DNA of 58,774 nucleotides from an uncultured Rhizobiaceae bacterium (GTDB lineage Bacteria; Pseudomonadota; Alphaproteobacteria; Rickettsiales; UBA1997): NCBI GenBank assembly GCA_964484785.1, contig CAZAFD010000001.1, positions 6,671 to 65,444 of the forward strand, read 5' to 3'. Shown piece by piece: positions 26,992 to 38,486 of this stretch (position 1 is its first letter; each line of letters starts with the position of its first letter). The notes under the pieces were generated by a model. It saw only the letters and a program-made list of their open reading frames with translations, ran no database searches and was not told where the DNA came from. The position numbers and the translations under genes were made by a program.

Positions 26992-27989
26992 AGATAGGCT
27001 TAGCTAGTGTATTTACTAAAAATTGTGATTTAAATTACAATTTTAATGTTATTAAGGAATTTTATGAAAAAGCTGTCAACGAAAAACTAGATTTAGTAAT
27101 TTTTCCGCGTTTAGCCATTTGTGGTTTTTGTTTAGAAGACAAGTTTTTATCAGAGGACTTTCTTGAAGAAAATATTGATACACTACAAAAAGTAATTTCT
27201 TTAACCACAGATCATACTACAGCATTGCTAATCGGAGGTTTATATTATCTAAATGCTTATACAAAAGATGGTATAACATACGATAAATCATTAAATGATG
27301 CAGCATTTTTAATAAAAGACGGTTATCTAGATACGCTTCTGTTAAGGAAGGAAATCTGTAAAGAAAATATTTTACGGGATCTATTATATTTTGATAAAGC
27401 TCCTTATATTAATTATTTTGTGTTAAATAAAAAACGCTTTGGCGTGCTTATATCTGACGATATATATTATGATGACAATATCTTCATCTTAAAAGAACAA
27501 AAGTTAGATTATATTATATGTTTAGATAGCGTTACAGATGTTAAAGCAGATAGGCTTATAACTCTATCAAAATTTATTAAGACACCAGTATATTATATAA
27601 ATCAAACGAATTTCATTAATAATGAAATTTTTATGGGTAATATTATTACCGTAGATAGTAATTATTGTTTTAAATATATTGATAAATACGATAAAGATAG
27701 ATTAATTATAAATAATCAAAAAAAAGAAAAGACAATAGATGATATTCAATGCAAGGCAAACATTGTGAATAAAGTCTCAGAATTAGAGGCGAAACCAGTA
27801 TTGTTTTTAAGTAATGAACTAAACCCGGATATATTAAAATACATCAAGAATTATGTTATTAATGATGTTGACTTAGCAAAGTATTGCTCTCTATATAATA
27901 GTTTTACCTCTTCAGAGAAATTTATTGTAAAAAATGCTATACTAAAGAATTTGTTTAAAGATAATATATACTTTAGTTTTCTTGACTAA
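26988..27989 (+). CDS. carbon-nitrogen hydrolase-like protein, probably catalytically degenerate (resembles the NadE N-terminal domain only)
   Basis: 333 aa. MKIGLASVF...LDLVIFPRLAICGF resembles the CN-hydrolase start (..FPELxLxGY), but the Glu position is Arg and the expected Cys-containing strand reads FGVLISDD. There is no NAD synthetase ATP-PPase domain. An ATGA overlaps the pheT stop. This is a by-eye alignment only. Confidence 0.4.
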   Translation: MKIGLASVFTKNCDLNYNFNVIKEFYEKAVNEKLDLVIFPRLAICGFCLEDKFLSEDFLEENIDTLQKVISLTTDHTTALLIGGLYYLNAYTKDGITYDKSLNDAAFLIKDGYLDTLLLRKEICKENILRDLLYFDKAPYINYFVLNKKRFGVLISDDIYYDDNIFILKEQKLDYIICLDSVTDVKADRLITLSKFIKTPVYYINQTNFINNEIFMGNIITVDSNYCFKYIDKYDKDRLIINNQKKEKTIDDIQCKANIVNKVSELEAKPVLFLSNELNPDILKYIKNYVINDVDLAKYCSLYNSFTSSEKFIVKNAILKNLFKDNIYFSFLD

Positions 27990-28050
27990 TGAATCGTTAT
28001 TTTGTAATTCTGAATTAGAAATATAATTGTAACTAATAGTATTATAATAT

Positions 28051-29478
28051 ATGAAGTTTATATTTAAGAATACTCAAAACGAGGACCGTGTTAGCGTACT
28101 CTTTTTTACAGAGGAATCAGCTCAATTAACAAAAAATGAAATAGAATTTACTGGCAACAAATTTGATCATTTATTAGTTCGTTCAGGGGCTAATAAAAAT
28201 TATCAAATCTTTTATGGTCTCGGTAAAGAAGCCGAGTTAACTGTGGTTAATTTAGAAAAATTGGGATATAAGTTATATCATTATCTAAAGAGCTTAAATT
28301 TAGACAAAATTAGTTTAGTCTTTACAAAGGGGTTTGAAAGTAAGTATATATTAGCAATAATGAATGGTCTCCAACTTAGTGACTATGATTTTGATAAGTA
28401 TAAGACGTCTCTTAATAAAAAAACTTCGTCCCTAAGCATCCTTGTGGATTGTTTGTCATCTAATGACATAGAGAAGTTTAAAGAGTTAGAACTAATTAAG
28501 GAGAATGTTTTTTACTGTAGAGATTTAGTAAATGAACCATCAAATATTTTGACACCCGCCAATTATGCGAATATTTGCAAGGAATTAAGTAGTCTAGGTA
28601 TAGAGGTGGAACTTATTAATCAAGGTGCCTTGGAAAAGTTAGGTATGAATGCTATGCTTTCTGTAAGTTGTGGCAGCGATAATGAACCATATCTAGTTGT
28701 TATGAAATGGAACGGTCTTTCCAATTCCGAAACATCGCCTATAGCCTTTGTGGGCAAAGGAGTTACGTTTGATAGTGGGGGTATTAGTTTAAAGCCAGCC
28801 AATTCCATGTTAGATATGAAGACAGACATGGGTGGCTCAGCTGTAGTGGTTGCGCTTCTAAAGCTCTTGGCTCAAAGAAAAGCTAAGGTTAATGCTGTTG
28901 GTGTTATACCTCTAGTTGAAAATATGCCTTCTGGCCATGCTACTAAACCTGGTGATATTGTTAAGAGCTTGTCAGGCCAAACTATAGAAATACTTAATAC
29001 CGATGCTGAGGGAAGAATGATTTTGGCTGATGCTTTATACTACACAATTAGTAGATTCCAGCCACGGACAGTGATAGACCTAGCCACCTTAACTGGAGCT
29101 GTATGTGCGGCTTTGGGTCAGGATAATGCTGGTCTATTTACTAATAATGATGCCTTGAATGATGAAATTTGTGATGTAGCTCACGAAACAGGAGAGAATT
29201 GTTGGAGAATGCCTGTCGATAAATTAGGTAGTTACTATGATAAAATGATAGATTCAGATTTTGCAGATATTAAAAATATCAGTGGTAACAGGTATGGTGG
29301 AGCAATTACAGCTGCACAGTTTTTACAAAGGTTTATTAATAAACATCCAAAATGGGCCCATCTTGATATAGCTTGTGTAACCAACATAGAATTTCCAAAT
29401 TTTTTTGTTGAAAAAAATGCAACTGGTTTTGGTGTAAGACTTTTAAATCAGCTTGTAAAAAAATATTATGAGCAGTAA
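28051..29478 (+). CDS. pepA: leucyl aminopeptidase (M17)
   Basis: 475 aa with VGKGVTFDSGGISLKP, the M17 signature NTDAEGRMILADAL and ATLTGA. Confidence 0.92.
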   Translation: MKFIFKNTQNEDRVSVLFFTEESAQLTKNEIEFTGNKFDHLLVRSGANKNYQIFYGLGKEAELTVVNLEKLGYKLYHYLKSLNLDKISLVFTKGFESKYILAIMNGLQLSDYDFDKYKTSLNKKTSSLSILVDCLSSNDIEKFKELELIKENVFYCRDLVNEPSNILTPANYANICKELSSLGIEVELINQGALEKLGMNAMLSVSCGSDNEPYLVVMKWNGLSNSETSPIAFVGKGVTFDSGGISLKPANSMLDMKTDMGGSAVVVALLKLLAQRKAKVNAVGVIPLVENMPSGHATKPGDIVKSLSGQTIEILNTDAEGRMILADALYYTISRFQPRTVIDLATLTGAVCAALGQDNAGLFTNNDALNDEICDVAHETGENCWRMPVDKLGSYYDKMIDSDFADIKNISGNRYGGAITAAQFLQRFINKHPKWAHLDIACVTNIEFPNFFVEKNATGFGVRLLNQLVKKYYEQ

Positions 29479-29488
29479 AAGCAAGTAT

Positions 29489-29519
29489 TGCTTAATGTCT
29501 AGTAACTAGGCGTTAAGCA
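29489..29519 (+). terminator. hairpin downstream of pepA
   Basis: tgcttaatgtctagt-a-actaggcgttaagca has 15-nt arms pairing 13 Watson-Crick plus 2 G:U, followed by ttataatt. Confidence 0.45.
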
Positions 29520-29654
29520 TTATAATTAATAAGAATTCTTTCTTGGTTTGATAATATTGATAATATATTATTTCAATATAAACCTTCTTAAAGTCTGAGT
29601 AGACATGCAACAAAATCTTTTATCAAAAAAATAAAAAAACTTTTAAAAAGTGGC

Positions 29655-29683
29655 TTGACAATTAAAACAGCCGGGTGTATAGT
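29655..29683 (+). promoter_or_regulatory. sigma70-type promoter of the 23S-5S rRNA unit
   Basis: TTGACA (29655-29660), a 17-nt spacer and TATAGT (29678-29683). An A/T-rich UP-like tract (aaaaaaataaaaaaacttttaaaaa) precedes it. It lies ~170 nt upstream of 23S. Confidence 0.6.
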
Positions 29684-29850
29684 CGTATTGTTCGGAGGTC
29701 AAATTTTATAAACAATCATAATCTGATTATATATAATCGACACCGGATGATGTTGATGTTTTTATTGTGAATAATAATCAATGCTAGAAAAAAGTACAAC
29801 GTATAATGTAGAATATGTTCTACGTATAACTTTTGTGTTTTAGTATTACT

Positions 29851-32609
<2,759 letters not shown>

Positions 32610-32713
32610 TATACTAAAACCAAAGTTGTATGTAGTATATAATCTATATTATATAATAGATGGTATAGATAGTGTTGATTATTATCGATTTTTGTAAATA
32701 GTGCTTTTAAATA

Positions 32714-32828
32714 GCTTGGTGATTATTGCTGTACGGAACCACTCAACACATTCCGAACTTGCAAGTGAAACGTACGTAGCGCCGATGGTACTTAAATTTA
32801 ATTTTGGGAGATTAGGTTGTCGCCAAGC
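32714..32828 (+). rRNA. rrf: 5S ribosomal RNA
   Basis: gcttggtgattattgctgtacggaaccactcaacacattccgaacttg...gtagcgccgatggtac...gttgtcgccaagc shows terminal helix pairing (gcttggtg/cgccaagc). It is flanked by the inverted repeat gtgcttttaaa / tttaaaagcac. Confidence 0.9.
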
Positions 32829-32971
32829 TTTTTAAAAGCACTATTTTTGTCTTTATATTTGTCTTTTTTCGTTTTTTCTTAAACCTATACCTTTTTTGTT
32901 ATGAACATATTTACTTTGAATAAAGTAAAGTTATATATTATGTTCATATATTTATGTGATAATTATAAGTT

Positions 32972-34342
32972 ATGATAGAGCAAGTAAAAATTGATGATCT
33001 TATTTCTCTTTGTAAAAGAAGAGGTTTTATATTCCAAAGTTCAGAAATATATGGTGGATTGCCTGGGGTTTATGATTATGGTCCTTTAGGTGTTGAATTG
33101 AAAAACAATTTAAAAAACGCCTGGTGGAAGGCAATGGTGTATGAGCGTGATGATATTGAAGGCATAGATGGTTCTATTTTAACTCATAGGCTTACATTAA
33201 AATATTCCGGACACGAAGCTACATTTACAGACCCCATGGTGGATTGTAAAAAATGTAATGCTAGAATGCGTGCTGACAAACTTAAAGTTGCTGGAAAATG
33301 TGATTATTGCGGTAGTACAGATTTAACAGAGCCTAGAAATTTTAATCTTATGTTTAAAACAAATATGGGAGCTATAGATGATGGTAAAAGTCATTGTTAT
33401 TTACGACCAGAAACCGCACAGGCAATTTTTACGAATTTCCGTAATGTTTTAGATTCTACATCCAGAAAAATACCATTTGGTATTGTGCAAATAGGAAAGG
33501 TTTTTCGAAATGAAATAACACCTAGAAATTTTATTTTTAGAGTTAGAGAATTTGAACAAATGGAACTGGAATATTTTGTTGAACCCGGTCTAGATGAAAA
33601 CAAGCATAATGAATGGATAAATATACGTCGTCAATGGTGGATCGATCAAGGACTTGTTCCTGAACACTTACAACTAGACGTACATGCACCGGATGATTTG
33701 GCACATTATTCAAAAGCTACAACAGATATAATGTACAAATTTCCACACGGTTTTGATGAACTGGAAGGTATTTCAAATAGAACGGACTTTGATTTAGGTT
33801 CTCACTCCAAGGAACAAAATACATTAGATTTACACGCCAAGGTTGAACATAATAGTAACTCAACTGCTAGATTAGTCATTCAGGATCCAGTTAATAATAA
33901 AGTTTTTGTACCATATGTTATAGAACCTTCTGCTGGGCTTGATAGGGGGGTCTTGGCTTTAATATGCGAGGCTTATGAAGAACAAGATCTTGGTGATGGT
34001 AATAAGCGTCTTGTTCTACATTTCAAAAAACACTTAGCACCTATTAAAATCGCGGTTATACCTCTAGCTAAGAATAATAGCAGTATTGTTAATAAATGCC
34101 ATGAAATAAAATCTAGACTTCAAAAATTAGGCATAGGACGAATTAAATATGAAGATACTGGTAATGTCGGTAAGGCTTATCGTAGAAACGATGAGATAGG
34201 TACACCTATCTGTATTACAGTAGATTTTGAGACTTTCGAAGGCCAAAACGAAACTATCACTGTTAGAGACAGAGATACTATGAAACAAGAGAGAATCAAC
34301 GTTTCTAATCTAGAAGCTTACATACTAAACTATTTTAAATAA
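32972..34342 (+). CDS. glyQS: glycine--tRNA ligase, homodimeric (alpha2, GlyQS) type
   Basis: 456 aa. [40 protein letters not shown] matches the N-terminus of the single-chain GlyRS of Gram-positives and eukaryotes. Class II motifs and a C-terminal anticodon-binding domain are present. Confidence 0.88.
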   Translation: MIEQVKIDDLISLCKRRGFIFQSSEIYGGLPGVYDYGPLGVELKNNLKNAWWKAMVYERDDIEGIDGSILTHRLTLKYSGHEATFTDPMVDCKKCNARMRADKLKVAGKCDYCGSTDLTEPRNFNLMFKTNMGAIDDGKSHCYLRPETAQAIFTNFRNVLDSTSRKIPFGIVQIGKVFRNEITPRNFIFRVREFEQMELEYFVEPGLDENKHNEWINIRRQWWIDQGLVPEHLQLDVHAPDDLAHYSKATTDIMYKFPHGFDELEGISNRTDFDLGSHSKEQNTLDLHAKVEHNSNSTARLVIQDPVNNKVFVPYVIEPSAGLDRGVLALICEAYEEQDLGDGNKRLVLHFKKHLAPIKIAVIPLAKNNSSIVNKCHEIKSRLQKLGIGRIKYEDTGNVGKAYRRNDEIGTPICITVDFETFEGQNETITVRDRDTMKQERINVSNLEAYILNYFK

Positions 34343-34366
34343 ATTTTTTATTAGAATTCTTTCTAT

Positions 34367-34391
34367 GGCATTTGGTAATACATCAAATGCC
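34367..34391 (+). terminator. hairpin downstream of glyQS
   Basis: ggcatttg-gtaatacat-caaatgcc followed by a T-rich tract (tatttctat). Confidence 0.45.
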
Positions 34392-34534
34392 TATTTCTAT
34401 ATCTGGATTTAGTAATACTATCTAAATGACTATTTAAATATCATTGGATGCAATCTACAGAGATGTTTGATTTATCTAGCAAACCTTTTCTGAAAATCCA
34501 ATGGAATTGTTGAATTTTGTGTATATATCAAATT

Positions 34535-34573
34535 AAATAATCAATACCCTATTAAGTAGGGTATTGATTATTT
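34535..34573 (-). terminator. hairpin terminator just 3' of pilin-like gene 1
   Basis: A perfect 16-bp inverted repeat, aaataatcaataccct-attaagt-agggtattgattattt, lies 16 nt beyond the stop. Confidence 0.6.
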
Positions 34574-34588
34574 AATAGTTATATTATC

Positions 34589-35428
34589 CTAAAAATCAAA
34601 TATAACTGCTCTTAAATATGCACCAACATCTGTAACCTTGGCGCCAGATTGTTTACTATTTTCGAAGTCGCCACATGACGATCCATAAAGAGATCCATTT
34701 ATTTTTCCACGGCAAGCACAATAAAACATATACTTATTTACTTTTTCAGGGTTATATTGTGTACTTGGTTGTGTGGTGTCCTCCTTATAAAAACTTCTTA
34801 GTTTTTTTACTAACTTATCGCAAAATTGCGGAGATAAAAAACCATCGGTGTTGGTACCTTTGCCTTCCGCTGTATATGCATAATTTAAAAATGTTTTTGC
34901 TTTTTTATTGGTATCATAACCATAATTCCAAGTTGTTGGTTGAGCACAGCTATTGTTATTCCATAACAAAAACCCAGCACCATTTATACCTTTTATTTTA
35001 GATTTTAAACTTGACCAACCACTTAAAATATATTTTGATTTATCCAGATATCCCATATCTACCAAGTCTATGAATAACTGCCCATTGCACATAAAGTCAG
35101 GTGGCCAAGCTGGATTAACAGCGAAAAAAGAACGACCAGCCAAATAATACTGATGTAAAGCATTCTTATATTCTTCAAATTCATTTCTAATAATTATAAA
35201 TTTGGCTTCATCTATAAGTGCTCTTCCTCCTATTACTGCACTAATAAGAAGACCTATTATGATAAGAACTATAGATAACTCAACTAAAGAAAAGGCTGAT
35301 TTAAATTGATTAAGATAACATGAATACAAAGAATAAAATGAGAGATGTTTATTATTATTACTTAAATTTCTTGTCTCTCTCTCTCTCTCTCTTATTAGAT
35401 TATTTAAATTATTATGATGTTGGAGCAT
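34589..35428 (-). CDS. type IV pilin / T2SS pseudopilin-like protein, paralog 1
   Basis: It has a class III signal, KSA|FSLVELSIVLIIIGLLISAV (Phe+1, Glu+5, hydrophobic helix), then ALIDEAK...YKNALHQYYL like the pilin alpha1-C region, and a C-terminal Cys pair (CACRGKINGSLYGSSC). The ATG start gives a 45-aa leader. An in-frame TTG at 35329-35327 would give a 12-aa leader (MYSCYLNQFKSA). Confidence 0.8.
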   Translation of the reverse strand: MLQHHNNLNNLIRERERETRNLSNNNKHLSFYSLYSCYLNQFKSAFSLVELSIVLIIIGLLISAVIGGRALIDEAKFIIIRNEFEEYKNALHQYYLAGRSFFAVNPAWPPDFMCNGQLFIDLVDMGYLDKSKYILSGWSSLKSKIKGINGAGFLLWNNNSCAQPTTWNYGYDTNKKAKTFLNYAYTAEGKGTNTDGFLSPQFCDKLVKKLRSFYKEDTTQPSTQYNPEKVNKYMFYCACRGKINGSLYGSSCGDFENSKQSGAKVTDVGAYLRAVIFDF

Positions 35429-35461
35429 ATTTGTTTATATTGTATAAGTTGTTTGTTTTGA
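35231..35461. repeat. 231-bp block 100 percent identical to 58213-58443 (pilin 5' module)
   Basis: In a base-by-base comparison by eye I found no mismatch. The block covers codons 1-66 of both pilin-like genes plus 33 bp upstream. Weaker similarity continues ~70 bp further upstream. Confidence 0.9.
35374..35392. repeat. dinucleotide microsatellite (TC)9.5, = (AG)n on the coding strand
   Basis: tctctctctctctctctct lies between the annotated ATG and the prepilin cleavage motif and encodes RERERE in the long-leader reading. Confidence 0.95.
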
Positions 35462-35465
35462 GGAG

Positions 35466-35493
35466 AGATTATGGGATTGGGAATAGATGTCAA
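35466..35493 (-). promoter_or_regulatory. putative sigma70 promoter of pilin-like gene 1
   Basis: The minus strand reads TTGACA (35493-35488), a 16-nt spacer and TAATCT (35471-35466). The TTGACA and surrounding sequence are conserved at the paralogous locus. Confidence 0.35.
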
Positions 35494-35993
35494 GAATAAT
35501 GATATGTATGCAAAAAATACAAAATACTCTGAAGGTATTTTACTCTAGTTTTGAAAAAGTATTTTTGCGTAAAACCAGATTTTATCTGATATAATTTAAT
35601 TTAGAGTTTCCAACAAAATTGGTATATAAGAATTTATAGCTATCAACATAAATTGGCTTTTAATTATAGAATAAATCTGAATACCTTACATTTGTTCAAA
35701 CATTTTATCGCTTTAAAGTAGAGTATTAATTTATATAACTGATATAGTTATAAGTTGATGTATTATGTAGCAATTACAACTATATAAAATGACTTATTAT
35801 ACACCTTTTTGGAGCTATTATAAATAAAATTTAATAGTTACTTATATGGTAAGTAATTATACAAACAAATATAAAATATTAATATAATAAATCAGCGATA
35901 TAATATATCGATGCAACAAACCATAGTGTCCACAATTACCGCCTACATATAAATTCGGTTAAAGGTAAAGTTTTGCTATTAGAAATATTCTGG

Positions 35994-37679
35994 CTATTTT
36001 CCTCCAAATTGTATTTTATAGTTTTCTATATCTTCATTTGATATTTTCTCAAAGAATACTTGAGGTTTGTCAAGTGTCTTTATGGATAGGATCTCGAATT
36101 TTTGTTTATAAACATTTCTAATATCAATCTCATTTAAACCTAAAGCGTGCTGTATAGCTCTAGATGTAGTTGGAATAAAAGGTTCGGATAATATACCGTA
36201 AATAGCTAAACAATGTACAGCGTTATTAAGTATTGTGCCTAATCTTTCTATATTATTTTTTAAAGTCCAAGGCTCTGTTACCGCTATATATTCATTTCCT
36301 AGTACCCAAGCCTGTCTTAGAGATGTTATAGCCTTTCTAAATTCCATTTGTTCGAATACAGCGCAATATTGCTTAACTAATTCATAGAGCTTATTTCTAT
36401 AGGTTTGATCAAGGGTTGTGAAATTTGTATATGACAAAATGCCCAAGTTTTCTTTAAAATATTTGTTTATTAGAGCAAATATCCTATTAATAAAGTTCCC
36501 GAGAACATTTGCTAAATCCTTGTTGATCACATCTGCAAAGTCTTCCCATGTGAAATTTGAGTCTTTGTTTTCAGGGATACGAGACATTAAATAATATCTC
36601 CAATAATCAGATGGGTATAATTTTAAAGCATCGTCCATAAATATACCGTAATGGCGACTTGTTGAAAATTTATCATTATAATAATTCAACCAGTGTACGC
36701 CTTTAATATAGTCTACTAATTTCCATTGCTCATTTGTACCCATAAGGGTAATAGGAAAATTTATTGTATGGAATGGTATATTATCTTTACCTATAAATTG
36801 TATATATTTAGTATCTTTGGTATTATACCAAAATTCCTTCCAGTTGATAGCGTCAGGATTTAATTTAGACCATTTTTTGCTAATAGATATATAACCAATT
36901 GGAGCATCAAACCATACATAAAAAACTTTGTTTTCTAAACCGGGCCAGTCTAGTACTGGTATCCCCCATTTTAGATCTCTAGTTATACAACGATCCTCTA
37001 ATCCTCTGCTTTCTAGCCAGTCTGCGGCTATAGTCTTTACAACATCTGGCCATTCGATATGAGACTGCGTCCATTCTTTTAGTTTAGTGATAAAAAGAGA
37101 TTGTTTTAGGTATAAATGCCTGGTTTCTCTTATCTCCAGATTGTGGCTTTTTGATATACTGGAATATGGATTGATTAAATCTGTAGGATCAAGAAGTGCG
37201 TTACACGCATCGCATTGGTCTCCTCGCGCACGGTTACTTCCACATTTAGGGCATATGCCTTCTATATATCTATCAGCCAAGAACATATTATCGTCTATAG
37301 AAAAAATTTGTTTAATTGTTCTTTCTTCTATAAAACCATTTTCTTTTAATTTTTTTGCAAAATATTGGGTCAATTCGTGGTTTTCTGGATCGGAAGTACG
37401 ACCAAAATAATTAAATTCTATTCCAAAGGCTTCGCATAAATCTTTCTGAATCTTATGCCATTTATCGCAGTACTCTTTTGGTGTAACATTAGCTTTTCTT
37501 GCAGCAAGCTCTGCCGGGGTACCATGTTCGTCTGTTCCGCATATAAATAGCACATTTTCTCCCTTAGCTCTAAGGTATTTTGCATAAACATCAGCGGGCA
37601 ACATAGAACCAACCAAGTTACCCAAATGTTTAACACCGTTTACATATGGAATTCCGCTTGTAATCAAATATTTCATCAT
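35994..37679 (-). CDS. metG: methionine--tRNA ligase
   Basis: 561 aa. It has a HIGH-like motif (PYVNGVKHLGNL), a Zn knuckle (CPKCGSNRARGDQCDAC) and a KMSKS-like KFSTSR. Confidence 0.92.
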   Translation of the reverse strand: MMKYLITSGIPYVNGVKHLGNLVGSMLPADVYAKYLRAKGENVLFICGTDEHGTPAELAARKANVTPKEYCDKWHKIQKDLCEAFGIEFNYFGRTSDPENHELTQYFAKKLKENGFIEERTIKQIFSIDDNMFLADRYIEGICPKCGSNRARGDQCDACNALLDPTDLINPYSSISKSHNLEIRETRHLYLKQSLFITKLKEWTQSHIEWPDVVKTIAADWLESRGLEDRCITRDLKWGIPVLDWPGLENKVFYVWFDAPIGYISISKKWSKLNPDAINWKEFWYNTKDTKYIQFIGKDNIPFHTINFPITLMGTNEQWKLVDYIKGVHWLNYYNDKFSTSRHYGIFMDDALKLYPSDYWRYYLMSRIPENKDSNFTWEDFADVINKDLANVLGNFINRIFALINKYFKENLGILSYTNFTTLDQTYRNKLYELVKQYCAVFEQMEFRKAITSLRQAWVLGNEYIAVTEPWTLKNNIERLGTILNNAVHCLAIYGILSEPFIPTTSRAIQHALGLNEIDIRNVYKQKFEILSIKTLDKPQVFFEKISNEDIENYKIQFGGK

Positions 37680-38422
37680 TAACTAAAAAATTTATGCTTT
37701 CTAAATTAGAAATTTTTTTACAACAAAAGTCAAATTTACTAGATAGCGTCTAGTAGTAAATATGTGTCGTTTTAGTGAAGAAAATAATATTCAGAATTTA
37801 TAACGTTAATAAATAAGAACGTCGATTATTCGTACTTCCAAACAGAACGTAGTTCATGTAGATTGCTGTTTTTGTATTGGTTTTGATAATATGTTTGTTA
37901 GTAATGATTATAGTGCTACTGTTTAAATTGTAAAACTATACACACTTTTTATGGATTTAGTTAAAAAATAAGACTATTAGTACTATTTCACTAAAAGTAG
38001 CCAGAGAAAGCCAATAAAAGTTATTTTTAGTGGCATAAATTGTTTATATTATAAAAATTACAATGAATATGATGTGGTAAAATTAAGTTATTTGTAGATA
38101 GTGGTAGTATTTGCAATAATATCTGTGTTTATACATATTGTTTGTTAAAGAGTTTTCGTTTAGACGGAGAATTTATGATTAACGAGGTAAGAAGATTAGT
38201 TTTTATAATGTACTACTTATGATTAATTATTTAGTTATTATGTGTAGAGTAATAGCAAAGGGACTACGGGTTTAATAAAGGAAGAGGGAATGCTGTTTGT
38301 GGGAATATTTATCTTATTTTTCTATATAATAAAAATATAATAAAATATATTTTAGCTATAAAGAATAGTATGAAAGAAGAAAGAAAGTAAAATATTACAT
38401 GTCTATTTTAACTCAAAATATA

Positions 38423-38451
38423 TTGACTATAGCGTTAAGTTGAACTATAAC
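38423..38451 (+). promoter_or_regulatory. putative sigma70 promoter of paralog B
   Basis: TTGACT (38423-38428), a 17-nt spacer and TATAAC (38446-38451). The -35 box starts exactly 64 nt before the ATG, the same distance as the TTGATT at 14485 before the paralog A ATG. Confidence 0.45.
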
Positions 38452-38486
38452 TAGTCTAGCTTATAGACACAACAAGATAAATATAT

